The notes: generated by a model not told the origin, from the sequence alone. A stretch of 64,000 nucleotides of DNA from Bacteroidales bacterium (GCA_024686335.1 JAILCI010000012.1:71979-135978), one strand, 5' to 3'. Counted from the stretch's first letter, positions 45,083-54,885 are shown. A program made the numbers and translations.

Positions 45083-47029
45083 TTATTTATTGGCGTGTTG
45101 TTCAATGCGCCATTTGATGTACAGTAGAGCCGCCACGCTCCATGCTTGCGAAATACAACCATTAGGTTTGAATGGCGGATCGCCGTCTGTGATCTCCGCA
45201 ATAGTGGAGATGCCATAGTTTGTCATGCAACTGTCGAAACGGTATAGGACTTTCTCCATAAATGGGATGCAAGAGTCTTGATAGACAGCGAACATTCCAT
45301 CAGTAAAGGGGAAGAGCAACCACGGCCAGCAGGAGCCTTGATGGTAAGCGGCGTCACGTTCAGCCTGGTTCCCACCGTAGTGACCTTTGTATTCTGGATC
45401 GTCGGGAGAGAGACTGCGGATGCCTTTCTCGGTGAGCAGTTCCTCGCATGTGCGCTTAAGGATAAGTTGACGAATCTTCTCACTGATAGGACAGTAAGGT
45501 AAAGAGGCAGCAATCATCATGTTAGGACGAACCTGGAAGTTCTGATAGTTGCCGTTGACGTAGTCTGCCAAGTAACCGATTTCCTTAGACCAGAAATGAT
45601 CCTTGAAGACTGTCGGGAAGTCTTTGATGAGTTCTTCCCACTCATTGACAAACTCTTTATCTTTAGCTATGTGAGCCATCTCAATACTGAACTTGACGGC
45701 ATTGTACCATAGGGCATTTATCTCCACTTGACAACCGGTACGTGGAGTGACGGGAATGCCGTTCACAATGGCGTCCATCCATGTCAGAGCCATGCCTTCG
45801 CCGCCAGCATATATCAGACCGTTGTCAAGGCGGTGGATATGGTTGAGGGTGCCGTTGCGATAAGCATAGAGAATCTTCTTCATTGTTTCACCATACTCTT
45901 TCCAAATCTTGCGTTGGCTGTTGGTATATTCAGCATAGAGTTGTAGTGTGCGGAAAAACCAAAGGGGTGCATCGACAGAGTTGTATGCGGCAGCATTGCC
46001 ATTGCCGATGTTCGGGAAGAGTCCGTCGTTCATCTCGGAAATCATATTGTCCATGATCTCTTTGCACAGCTTGGGATTGTCAAGTGCAAGTGTTAAGCCA
46101 GGCAGGGCAATGAAGGTGTCGCGACCCCAGCGGCCAAACCACGGATAGCCAGCAATAATTTCAGTATGTCCGTTGCGCTTCACGATAAACTGCTCAGCAG
46201 CATTCTTCAAACAGTTGAAGAATGAGGAGCGTTTGGTGTGAGAACCGCTCTCTTTTTTATAGATGGCAGCCAGTTTGCTAGGATCAGTGGGCTCTGTACC
46301 TATTGTAATATAGAACTCTTTGGATGATACCTTCGCAGTCAGGCGACCTGGCATAAAGAGATCCTCAAGACCATCGTAGCCGCGATTCAATTCCTCTTCG
46401 TATTCAACATCATGATACCATTGTGGACCATGTTCGTAATAGATCGGATCAGAACATTGTACGTAAACTGGTGTGTAGTTGTCATATAGACAGAAACCGA
46501 CACCTTGATCCACTGTCTCAAAGTTGGTGTTTACCGCATCATTACAGTGTGTGAGGCTGTGAATAGAACGGAATGCCAACAATGGGTTGAAGATGAAAGA
46601 AGCACTCTCAAAATCATCCAAAATGGTGTACTTGATGATTAGGCGGTCGTCGTTATTGAGGAACATAAGTTCTTTCGTGAAGTTGAATTTACCCACACGG
46701 TAGAGATATGTAGGGATAGTATCAGCAGTGAAGTGTTGAAGATATTTGTTACCCTTGGGCTCAATGATGCCGCCTTTGTATTGGATTGTTCCGATATGGA
46801 AATCCATGTTATTGATAACGACGGTCTCGTTGAGACTTGAAACCAGCAGATGACGGTCTCCATTCATCTTGTCTTGGGGTACGATGAAGAGACCATGATA
46901 TTTACGGGTGTTGAGGCCTACCAACGTGGTGGTGGCGAAAGAACCCGTCCTGCTGCAGCGCAGAATCTCTCTGGACTTGGAGAAGTGCAGATTTACAAGA
47001 TCGTTTTTGTCAAATTCAATATAACTCAT
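45083..47029 (-). CDS. Glycogen debranching enzyme (GDE N-terminal plus amylo-alpha-1,6-glucosidase domain)
   Basis: 648 aa with 'NTRKYHGLF', 'GYPWFGRWGRDTFIALPGL', and 'CISQAWSVAALL', characteristic of the bacterial/archaeal GDE family. Confidence 0.8.
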   Translation of the reverse strand: MSYIEFDKNDLVNLHFSKSREILRCSRTGSFATTTLVGLNTRKYHGLFIVPQDKMNGDRHLLVSSLNETVVINNMDFHIGTIQYKGGIIEPKGNKYLQHFTADTIPTYLYRVGKFNFTKELMFLNNDDRLIIKYTILDDFESASFIFNPLLAFRSIHSLTHCNDAVNTNFETVDQGVGFCLYDNYTPVYVQCSDPIYYEHGPQWYHDVEYEEELNRGYDGLEDLFMPGRLTAKVSSKEFYITIGTEPTDPSKLAAIYKKESGSHTKRSSFFNCLKNAAEQFIVKRNGHTEIIAGYPWFGRWGRDTFIALPGLTLALDNPKLCKEIMDNMISEMNDGLFPNIGNGNAAAYNSVDAPLWFFRTLQLYAEYTNSQRKIWKEYGETMKKILYAYRNGTLNHIHRLDNGLIYAGGEGMALTWMDAIVNGIPVTPRTGCQVEINALWYNAVKFSIEMAHIAKDKEFVNEWEELIKDFPTVFKDHFWSKEIGYLADYVNGNYQNFQVRPNMMIAASLPYCPISEKIRQLILKRTCEELLTEKGIRSLSPDDPEYKGHYGGNQAERDAAYHQGSCWPWLLFPFTDGMFAVYQDSCIPFMEKVLYRFDSCMTNYGISTIAEITDGDPPFKPNGCISQAWSVAALLYIKWRIEQHANK

Positions 47030-47049
47030 AATAGTCGAAGATTATGTTG

Positions 47050-48057
47050 TCATGAAATTTTTTCAAGAATGGTGACTGCGGTGGCGCGGGCGTCCTGGAT
47101 GGTGTCGTTGACCGACATGGGACGTTTGCAGGCTCCAGCCACGAAAAGACCTTCCTGTGTGGTCAGATTATCGCACAGATGTTCAGAGACGCTCTGGGCG
47201 AAGTTGTATTTTCCAGCTATGCCGGCTGCGTTGGCCAGTTGTGCTGTGCCTTCGGAAGGGCACATGCCGACCATAAGCACGAGCAGGTCGGTGCTCATGT
47301 TTAGCGGGAGACCCATCAGGGTGTCTTCTGCTTTTAGTTGCACACGTTGGTCATAGGTGGAGGCGGCTTCTGAGATACGACCTCTTACGAAGTTGATCCC
47401 GTACTCTTCCTGAGCTGTGCGGTACATCTCCTCAAAGCCTTGACCCCACATGCGGAGGTCCATGTAGAATACGTAAACAGTGGTGTCTGGGAGCATCTTA
47501 CGCACCTCGATAGCTTGCTTGACGGCTGTCACACAACAGACTTTGGAACAGTAGTTGTTGCCCGATTTCTCATCGCGGGAGCCGACACACTGAAGGAAAG
47601 AGATCGTCTTGGGTGTATCTCCCATGTTGTTGGTGATTTTGCCAGTCTTGACCATTTTCTCGAGATCCAGAGAGGTGATGACGCCCGGATAGATGCCATA
47701 CCCCAATTCCTCTTTTTTGTGTGCGTCGAAAACCTCGTAACCAGAGGCCAAGACCACATAGTCAGCGTTGTGGGTGGTGCCAGTTGCGTCTGTCAGTTGC
47801 CAGCCGCTCTGTCCTTTTTGAAGGTTGGTAATATTCATGCCGTAATGCGTGGCGATGCGTGGATTGTTCAGTTTCGCAGCCATCTGGTCAGCCACCTCAT
47901 CAGCGGGAGTGAAGTCTGGAAATAATAATGCTTTGTTGCGAATATTGCACAACGGGGCAGCCTCCTTCTCGTAGAGGTCGATGTCGTGTTGCTTGGATAA
48001 TATAGCAGCGACTTCAATGCCGGCGGCACCCGCTCCAATAATTGCTATTTTTGACAT
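47050..48057 (-). CDS. HdrA-like FAD-dependent oxidoreductase (short form, no ferredoxin domains)
   Basis: 335 aa with 'IAIIGAGAAGIE' (dinucleotide fold), 'FLQCVGSRDEKSGNNYCSKVCC' (HdrA-type Cys cluster), and 'VFYMDLRMWGQGFEEMY'. Confidence 0.7.
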   Translation of the reverse strand: MSKIAIIGAGAAGIEVAAILSKQHDIDLYEKEAAPLCNIRNKALLFPDFTPADEVADQMAAKLNNPRIATHYGMNITNLQKGQSGWQLTDATGTTHNADYVVLASGYEVFDAHKKEELGYGIYPGVITSLDLEKMVKTGKITNNMGDTPKTISFLQCVGSRDEKSGNNYCSKVCCVTAVKQAIEVRKMLPDTTVYVFYMDLRMWGQGFEEMYRTAQEEYGINFVRGRISEAASTYDQRVQLKAEDTLMGLPLNMSTDLLVLMVGMCPSEGTAQLANAAGIAGKYNFAQSVSEHLCDNLTTQEGLFVAGACKRPMSVNDTIQDARATAVTILEKIS

Positions 48058-48083
48058 GTTGTTAGTTTTACTAGTTTTTAAGA

Positions 48084-49139
48084 TTATACTTTGAGTACTG
48101 AAGGTTTGTTCGGCAACGGAAGAATCTTTCCGTTATAGCCTTTGTATTTGTCGTTGGGATTGTATTGTATGCCAATCTTGTTCATTAGGCTCTCAGACTG
48201 TACCTGGTGCAGCTGCAGGCCGAGTTCCCACGGATCGTAGCCAAGAAGCAGTCCGGCCATCTCCTCATAGGTAAGCACAGGGATACCGTAACCATCCTTG
48301 TCGTAGGTCTTGTGCTCCATTTCCGCAATGGTGTATTGCCATTTGTCAAGGAACATGGTGCAGCCCGGACAGTTGCAAACGATGAAGTCGGGCTCGAATG
48401 GTTCCATAGACTCGAATTTTTTGCGTGAGTTGGAAACAGAGTAGCCTCGGTTCTCCTGGACAAGATACTGGCGGAATCCGAATCCGCAGCAGTGTCTTCT
48501 CTCAGGGTAGTCGATAACCTCGCCACCCCAAGACTCAATCATGCCTGCCAACACGTAAGGAAACTCAGCGTTGCCAACGCCGTGTTTGGGGAAGATCTTA
48601 GCATAGTGGCATCCGATATGTTCCACGATGCGAAGCGGTTTGCCGGTGAAACGGTTTACCAGCTGGTATTTCATCTTGGATTTTAGTTCTTCGCGGTATG
48701 CGTATATGATGTCGGATGGGTGTGCGATGTTCTTAGGAATTTCAAAGGTTCGGCCAGTGGCCTTGTATAGTAATTCCCGAGCTTGCTCTAACAGGGCGGG
48801 ATTTTCATTCCATTTTTCTACTATTTCAGTGATGACACCAAAGGAGGTGACGCAGGAAGGTACATAGTTTTCATAGCCCTTTTCAGCCATTAAGGAGAAA
48901 AGACGGGCTACAATTGTCATGGTCGTTTCGAAGGGAACAACGTCGGCGTGATAACCGATACCAGTGCAGGTGTGCTGGTGAGATGAGTCGTAGATATCCA
49001 GACCAAGGTCGTTGCGTAAGATGTTGATGAATGCAGCCTCTGAGCCTGGGAAGAATGTTTGTCTAATGCAGCTTCGTTCGTAAAAGTAGCGGTCTTTTGC
49101 GATGGTTTTCTGATATTCGTTCCAAAAACGTTTTCCCAT
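48084..49139 (-). CDS. HdrB-like CCG-domain iron-sulfur protein
   Basis: 351 aa. The C-terminal CCG domain is 'RRHCCGFGFRQ ... FIVCNCPGC', and the N-terminal half has a degenerate second copy. The gene is adjacent to and co-directional with the HdrA-like gene. Confidence 0.65.
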   Translation of the reverse strand: MGKRFWNEYQKTIAKDRYFYERSCIRQTFFPGSEAAFINILRNDLGLDIYDSSHQHTCTGIGYHADVVPFETTMTIVARLFSLMAEKGYENYVPSCVTSFGVITEIVEKWNENPALLEQARELLYKATGRTFEIPKNIAHPSDIIYAYREELKSKMKYQLVNRFTGKPLRIVEHIGCHYAKIFPKHGVGNAEFPYVLAGMIESWGGEVIDYPERRHCCGFGFRQYLVQENRGYSVSNSRKKFESMEPFEPDFIVCNCPGCTMFLDKWQYTIAEMEHKTYDKDGYGIPVLTYEEMAGLLLGYDPWELGLQLHQVQSESLMNKIGIQYNPNDKYKGYNGKILPLPNKPSVLKV

Positions 49140-49170
49140 AATAAGATTATTTCAATAATAGAATCCGCTG

Positions 49171-49178
49171 CAAACATA
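49171..49178 (-). promoter_or_regulatory. Candidate -7 box (TAnnTTTG) for the hdrB-like/hdrA-like/glycogen gene string
   Basis: The plus strand reads caaacata, which is tatgtttg on minus, 32-39 nt upstream of the ATG at 49139. Confidence 0.5.
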
Positions 49179-49190
49179 CAAAATATTTAT

Positions 49191-49198
49191 TATTTTTG
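49191..49198 (+). promoter_or_regulatory. Candidate -7 box (TAnnTTTG) for the Na/Pi cotransporter gene
   Basis: tatttttg lies 18 nt upstream of the ATG at 49216, divergent from the box at 49171-49178. Confidence 0.5.
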
Positions 49199-49215
49199 CA
49201 CGAATTTTTTTGTAA

Positions 49216-50901
49216 ATGAATATTGCCTTAGTCCTTTCGGCGCTTTTGACACTTACCGCTGGAATCGGTATTTTCCTGGTAGCTTGTCAGATGATGAGTA
49301 CCAATCTGGAATCGGCCTCTTCTAATAAGTTGAAAGCGCTATTTTCTAAGGCTTCCAAAAATAATCTTATAGGGGTTGGTATCGGTACGGTCGGCACTGC
49401 AGCTATCCAGAGTTCCGGTGCTATTACCGTGATGACCATCGGTCTTGTGAACGCTGGCATCATAACCCTAACTCAAGCGGCTACAATCATCTATGGTGCT
49501 AATATCGGTACAACTGTTACGGCTCAGATTGTGGCTTTGGGTATGTTTGGAGGTTCCAGTTCCCTCTCTATGGCTATCATCTTTGCATCTCTTGCTGGTG
49601 TAGGTGCTTTTGTGTCGCTCTTTGCTAAAAAAGAGATGTGGAAGAAGATTGGCGGCATCTTGACAGGTTTCGGTATGCTTTTCGTCGGTCTCGAGATGAT
49701 GAGCGGCTCCATGTCGGATTTTGCCTCCATGGACTCCGTGAAACTCTTCCTTGCCCGTATCCAGAATCCAATCCTTGTCGTGCTGATCGGTATGTTGCTG
49801 ACAGCCATCATTCAGAGCTCTTCAGTCATGACCTCCATCGCACTCGCCATGGTTGTCTCGGGATTGGTTTCCATCGACCAAGGCATTTTCCTAACGATGG
49901 GTTCCAACATCGGTTCTTGCGTGGTTGCCTTAGTTGCAGGTCTTACGAGTGGTCAAAATGCTAAACGTACGGCTCTTATTCACTTGATATTCAATACTGT
50001 AGGCGTTGTTGTTTTTCTTATTCTTGAAGGAATAATCTCACTGCTGACAGGTGTTACGTACGGTTCTGTCGTCGCTAAGATATTTCCAAGTGCTCCACAG
50101 ACTCAATTGGCTATGTTCCACACGTTTTTCAATGTGGTCACAGTCCTTATGTTTCTGCCACTCACTCCACTTGTTGTTAAGACAGTATGCAAGATTATCC
50201 CTGACAGCAAAGAACCCAAGAATCCTGATGCACCGCATCTCTATTTTATAGATCAAAATATGTTGATGACTCCGCCTGTAGCTTTGCAGCAGACCAAGGC
50301 TGAAATCGTCAATATGGCTGATATTGCGATGGAGAATTTTAACAGATCTCTCCAGGTTGTCAGCACGTTGGATTTTAAAGAGGAACGACTATTTATGCGC
50401 CAGGAAGAGGAACTCAATTTTCTCAATGTGGAGATTGTTAATTTTGTTGTGCATCTTGCTGAAACTCAGCAATTAAGTCGTAAAGACCACGTCTATCTTT
50501 CCACAACATTCCGCTCTGTCCGTGATCTGGAACGTATCGGTGACTATGCTGAAAATATCGTAGAGTACGCTGTTAGTCTGCGCGCAATCAATCAGACTTT
50601 CTCTGAAGATGCTTTGGAGGAGATTTCTAACCTTCGTGAACATATTAATTTGTTGTATGAAAAGGTAAAAAAAGCGTATGTCGATGAGGATCCTAAGGCA
50701 TTGGATGAAGCAAATGCCATTGAGGACCAGATTGACAATATTTCTAAACAGATGGAGGATAATCATATAGCGCGCCTTGGAAAAGGCATCTGTTCCGCTG
50801 ATGTGGGTGCTCAGTATCTATCCCTTACCTCAAATGCGGAACGTGTGGCCGACCACCTTATTAACGTGGCCAAGACCATTAACAGCTATAAAGATATGTA
50901 A
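49216..50901 (+). CDS. Na/Pi cotransporter family protein with C-terminal PhoU-like domains
   Basis: 561 aa with duplicated 'GANIGTTVTAQ' / 'GSNIGSCVVAL' motifs, and 'ERIGDYAENI' / 'ERVADHLINV' PhoU-like helices. Confidence 0.85.
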   Translation: MNIALVLSALLTLTAGIGIFLVACQMMSTNLESASSNKLKALFSKASKNNLIGVGIGTVGTAAIQSSGAITVMTIGLVNAGIITLTQAATIIYGANIGTTVTAQIVALGMFGGSSSLSMAIIFASLAGVGAFVSLFAKKEMWKKIGGILTGFGMLFVGLEMMSGSMSDFASMDSVKLFLARIQNPILVVLIGMLLTAIIQSSSVMTSIALAMVVSGLVSIDQGIFLTMGSNIGSCVVALVAGLTSGQNAKRTALIHLIFNTVGVVVFLILEGIISLLTGVTYGSVVAKIFPSAPQTQLAMFHTFFNVVTVLMFLPLTPLVVKTVCKIIPDSKEPKNPDAPHLYFIDQNMLMTPPVALQQTKAEIVNMADIAMENFNRSLQVVSTLDFKEERLFMRQEEELNFLNVEIVNFVVHLAETQQLSRKDHVYLSTTFRSVRDLERIGDYAENIVEYAVSLRAINQTFSEDALEEISNLREHINLLYEKVKKAYVDEDPKALDEANAIEDQIDNISKQMEDNHIARLGKGICSADVGAQYLSLTSNAERVADHLINVAKTINSYKDM

Positions 50902-50922
50902 TTCTATTTTCAGCATTTTTAT

Positions 50923-50930
50923 TATCTTTG
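50923..50930 (+). promoter_or_regulatory. Candidate -7 box (TAnnTTTG) for the S41 peptidase gene
   Basis: tatctttg lies 11 nt upstream of the ATG at 50941. If real, the start is more likely one of the next in-frame ATGs (50950 or 50956, MKMKRK..). Confidence 0.4.
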
Positions 50931-50940
50931 CCGCCTTTAA

Positions 50941-52593
50941 ATGCAAATAATGAAAATGAAGCGTAAATTGCTGATATGGGTATTTTTGGCATTATTCTCA
51001 ATGCCAACTTTCGCTCAAAATGATTTTGACATTGCCAAGAATGTGGATATCTTTGTCTCCATTCTTAAAGAGTTAAATGATAAATATGCCGATGAGATTT
51101 CACCAGGCAAGTTGACCGAGACGGCCATCGATGCAATGTTGGCAAGCCTCGACCCTTATACCGTTTATTATAAGGAATCTCAAATTGAGGATGTCCGTAT
51201 GATGACTACAGGTCAGTATGGTGGAGTGGGTGCGCTCATCCAACAGAAGGGCAGGGATGTTGTCATCTCGGAACCCTATGAAAATACTCCTTCTCAAAAG
51301 GCCGGTCTTCGCGCTGGAGACATTGTCAAGAAGGTAAATGGACAATCTCTTGAAGGCAAGAATTCAGAAGATGTCAGTGCCGCCATGAAGGGTCAACCGG
51401 GCTCTAGCATGACTATTGAGGTTTTTCGTCCAACTGAAAATAAGACATTGACATTCAATATTGTACGAGAGGAAATCAAGATGCCGAACATCCCTTATTC
51501 CGGTATGCTTGGGGATGGTGTAGGCTATATCAAACTAGATCAGTTCACCGATAAGGCTGGTGAGGAGGTGCGTTCAGCATTTCTTCAACTCAAAAAAGAG
51601 GGTATGCGCTATCTTATCCTTGACCTTCGAAATAATGGTGGTGGTCTGCTTCACGAAGCTGTCAACATTATGAATATCTTTGTCGATCAAGGTGTTCAGA
51701 TAGTGGAGACTAAAGGTAAGATTCCCGAGATGCAGCGTGTCCATAAAACCGCTATGCCTGTCACCGATAAGGAAATCCCAGTTGTGGTGCTTGTCAATGA
51801 ACATAGTGCCTCTGCGTCTGAAATTGTTGCTGGCGCTTTCCAAGATCTTGACAGAGGTGTTATTGTGGGCCGGAAAACTTTCGGCAAAGGCTTGGTCCAA
51901 AATGTGTTGCCCCTCGACTTCAATACCTCTATGAAGATTACAATTGCGAAGTATTACATTCCTTCAGGCCGTTGTGTCCAGAATATTGAATATTTCGGAA
52001 AGGATACTACCAATGGTGCTTATCGTATTCCCGACTCATTGGCTGTTGCTTTCAAGACCAAACATGGTCGTACTGTTTACGATAAAGGTGGCGTGGAACC
52101 AGATGTTCTTACTGAAGATACTGTTCTGAGTGATGTGCTTTATGCGCTTGTCATCAACAATCTTATTTTTGATTACGCTAACCAATATCGTGCCACCCAT
52201 CCGACGATAGCCCCTGCTGACCAATTTGAGGTGGATGATGCTATCTATGCAGACTTCTTGAATTTCTTGAAAGGTAAAGATTTCAAGTATGATACCGATA
52301 TGGAGTTGGCTTTAGAGATGTTTAAGAAGGATGCGGAGGAGATCAAGGGATTTGAAAAAATTGAAAATGAATATAATGCTCTCAAGAAAAAACTCGAAGA
52401 GGATAAGTCTCATGATTTGGAGACCTACAAAGATGAAATTAAAGAGTATTTAAGTACTGAGATTGTGGTTAGGTATTATTACCAGACTGGTCGTTATCAA
52501 AACATGTTGGGTTTTGATCCGGAAGTGAAGACCGCAAAAGAGGTATTACTTGACAATGATCGTTATCAAAAAATCTTGTCACCCAAAAATTAA
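50941..52593 (+). CDS. S41 family C-terminal processing peptidase with PDZ domain
   Basis: 550 aa with a signal peptide, PDZ 'PSQKAGLRAGDIVKKVNGQSLEG', 'LDLRNNGGG', and 'VNEHSASASEIVAGA' (catalytic Ser context). Confidence 0.85.
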   Translation: MQIMKMKRKLLIWVFLALFSMPTFAQNDFDIAKNVDIFVSILKELNDKYADEISPGKLTETAIDAMLASLDPYTVYYKESQIEDVRMMTTGQYGGVGALIQQKGRDVVISEPYENTPSQKAGLRAGDIVKKVNGQSLEGKNSEDVSAAMKGQPGSSMTIEVFRPTENKTLTFNIVREEIKMPNIPYSGMLGDGVGYIKLDQFTDKAGEEVRSAFLQLKKEGMRYLILDLRNNGGGLLHEAVNIMNIFVDQGVQIVETKGKIPEMQRVHKTAMPVTDKEIPVVVLVNEHSASASEIVAGAFQDLDRGVIVGRKTFGKGLVQNVLPLDFNTSMKITIAKYYIPSGRCVQNIEYFGKDTTNGAYRIPDSLAVAFKTKHGRTVYDKGGVEPDVLTEDTVLSDVLYALVINNLIFDYANQYRATHPTIAPADQFEVDDAIYADFLNFLKGKDFKYDTDMELALEMFKKDAEEIKGFEKIENEYNALKKKLEEDKSHDLETYKDEIKEYLSTEIVVRYYYQTGRYQNMLGFDPEVKTAKEVLLDNDRYQKILSPKN

Positions 52594-52645
52594 TGTCTTG
52601 AAATCTAGAACCGATATTCATTATAGCATATATGTTTTAGGATTG

Positions 52646-54133
52646 ATGATGGTAGTGATTTCACTGCCATTGTCGCACTTTCTGATGGGCTTGAGTACCT
52701 TTGTCCTCTTTCTGAACTGGGTAGCTGAATGGGATTGGAAGGAGAAATGGCAACGGATCTGTAATCAAAAGGTTGGTTTTGTCTTCGGAGCACTCTATCT
52801 ATTCCTCTTTTTGGGCTTAATTCGTAATCAGAACTGGCCAGATGCTGGTCGTGAACTTTTAGCACAATTGCCTCTTATCTTTATGCCGGTTCTGCTGACA
52901 ACTTCGCGCCCACTGACGCGTAAAGCTACACGGTTTATATTTCATTCTTTCATCTATAGTACCCTATTTTGTTGCCTCTGCTCCTGGATTTTTTGGGCGG
53001 TTAATAACGTCACAGAGATGAGAGATATTTCACTATTTGTTGATCATATCCGTTTTAGCCTTTGTGTAGTCCTCGCTTTTGTATTTAGCAGTTCGTATAT
53101 GATTCATAGTGACCCGTCGAGCAAAGGTAGACTCTATTATGGTTTGACGGCTTTGTTGCTTTTTGTGTATATTATTTTTTCTCATACGCTTACGGGTGTT
53201 GTATGCCTTTTCACAATAGTTATATGTTATGCTGTTTGGAAGTTAATAACATCTCCATGGAAACAGAAACTGCAGAGTGCTATCATTTTGTTTGTTATTT
53301 TTTTCTTTGGTGCGTACTTGGTATGGATGACGGCTACTTTTTTTGTCAACAAAGATAAGACAATCACTGTTACTGAAACTGCATATGGCAATCCGTATAC
53401 CTTTGATGCCAACACTCCTGTTGAAAATGGGCATCGGGTTGGATATTATGTATGTAAGGAGGAAATAGCAAAAGCATGGGCTCTTCGCTCCGATTCCGCC
53501 TTGACTGAAAGTCGAGAGCAAGTCCTGATTCGTTATATGAACTCAAGGGGGCTGCATAAAGATTACGATGCTCTTATGTCTATGTATCATAAGGATATAC
53601 GAAATATAGAGCGCGGTATCCCCAATTATCTGTATCCCAAAACGATTGATTTTCGGAGTACTTTGTATCCAACCTATTTTTCCCTCTCACTCTATCAATG
53701 TTGTGGTTATATTGAGAACTCTTCCATTTTGGAAAGATTAGAACTTTGGAAGGCTTCGTGGATAGTTTACAAACAGAATCCGTTTCTAGGTGTAGGTCTT
53801 GGAGATCACAAAGATGCTCTTGATGCTCAATTAGAGGCCCAGGATTCTCCGATTGCTCACAAAAAGCAAAGAGGCAGCCATAACCAAATGCTCACTTTTG
53901 GTCTGATGGCAGGAGGCTTGATTATACTCTATTTTGTGATGATGATGGTATATCCTTTTGTGAGGATGCGCAATCAGATTTCGTTTGTGTATGTGGCGTT
54001 TGTACTGATAATCTTGATGTCTATGGTGATTGAGGACACGTTGGAAACCCAGACGGGTCGTATGATGTTCTCGTTGCTGATGCCGTTGATACTATTGTAT
54101 TGGCCTTTGAATGTTAAATCTACAGAAGATTAA
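52646..54133 (+). CDS. O-antigen ligase (Wzy_C)-like polytopic membrane protein
   Basis: About 10-12 TMs plus a large loop and 'RGSHNQMLTFGLMAGGLIIL' (Wzy_C-type His motif). The ORF-track start 52550 overlaps the S41 gene by 44 nt. The ATG at 52646 (MMVVISLPL..) is my preferred start but is uncertain. Confidence 0.6.
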   Translation: MMVVISLPLSHFLMGLSTFVLFLNWVAEWDWKEKWQRICNQKVGFVFGALYLFLFLGLIRNQNWPDAGRELLAQLPLIFMPVLLTTSRPLTRKATRFIFHSFIYSTLFCCLCSWIFWAVNNVTEMRDISLFVDHIRFSLCVVLAFVFSSSYMIHSDPSSKGRLYYGLTALLLFVYIIFSHTLTGVVCLFTIVICYAVWKLITSPWKQKLQSAIILFVIFFFGAYLVWMTATFFVNKDKTITVTETAYGNPYTFDANTPVENGHRVGYYVCKEEIAKAWALRSDSALTESREQVLIRYMNSRGLHKDYDALMSMYHKDIRNIERGIPNYLYPKTIDFRSTLYPTYFSLSLYQCCGYIENSSILERLELWKASWIVYKQNPFLGVGLGDHKDALDAQLEAQDSPIAHKKQRGSHNQMLTFGLMAGGLIILYFVMMMVYPFVRMRNQISFVYVAFVLIILMSMVIEDTLETQTGRMMFSLLMPLILLYWPLNVKSTED

Positions 54134-54737
54134 CGTCGCCTTTGCCCTCTCTAATAACGTCTATTTCACCGCTGGTGCAGTCCACCACGGTAGACGGTGT
54201 GTTGTCTCCATAACCGCCGTCAATGACGATATCAACGGTGTTCTCGAAACGTTCGTAGATGAGTTCTGGATCGGTGGTGTATTCTATGATCTCGTCTTCA
54301 TCCTTCACGGAAGTTGAGAGGATGGGATGCCCTAATTGGCGGACAATTTCCAAAATGATGGGGTTGGCAGGAATACGTATACCTATGGTCTTTTTCTTGC
54401 TTTGGAGCAGTTTGGGCACATTGTTGTTTGCTTCCAAAATGAAAGTGAACGGTCCGGGCAACACCTTTTTCATAGTTTTGAAGATGTTGTTCGGAATAGG
54501 TTTGGTGTAGTTGGAGATGTCACTAAGATCAGCACAGATGAAGGTCATGGAGTCTTTCTTCTTGCGGTCTCCCAGAATCTCAGTGATGCGCTCAATGCTC
54601 TTCTGTTTGAAGATGTCGCAGCCCATACCGTAGATGGTGTCGGTCGGATAAATAACGATGCCTCCGTCTTGCAGACAGCTGATAACTTTGTCGATATGAC
54701 GTTGGCTGGGATTCTCAGAGTATATTTTTAAGATCAT
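54120..54737 (-). CDS. tsaC: L-threonylcarbamoyladenylate synthase (YrdC/TsaC type)
   Basis: 205 aa with 'GGIVIYPTDTIYGMGCD', 'KKD..MTFIC', and 'LPGPFTFIL', typical of the YrdC domain. Confidence 0.85.
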   Translation of the reverse strand: MILKIYSENPSQRHIDKVISCLQDGGIVIYPTDTIYGMGCDIFKQKSIERITEILGDRKKKDSMTFICADLSDISNYTKPIPNNIFKTMKKVLPGPFTFILEANNNVPKLLQSKKKTIGIRIPANPIILEIVRQLGHPILSTSVKDEDEIIEYTTDPELIYERFENTVDIVIDGGYGDNTPSTVVDCTSGEIDVIREGKGDVNLL

Positions 54738-54856
54738 AGGCTACACAAAAAAAGGGCAAGCTACTTATATCGCATCGCTACAACCAATGTACCCTTGCTA
54801 CATTCCTGTCCTGGGGGAGTTAAAAGGGAGCAGATCGTACAAGACTTACCCGACCG

Positions 54857-54864
54857 CAAAAATA
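54857..54864 (-). promoter_or_regulatory. Candidate -7 box (TAnnTTTG) ~120 nt upstream of tsaC
   Basis: The plus strand reads caaaaata, which is tatttttg on minus. This implies a ~110-nt leader that contains four GUAGC repeats. Confidence 0.35.
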
Positions 54865-54885
54865 GAAAAAATATTGATAAGTTGT

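Noticed and set aside
54120-54133. A 14-nt overlap of the convergent 3' ends of the O-antigen-ligase-like gene and tsaC.
   Set aside because: Short convergent overlaps are common in compact genomes. There is no hairpin or other signal in the overlap.
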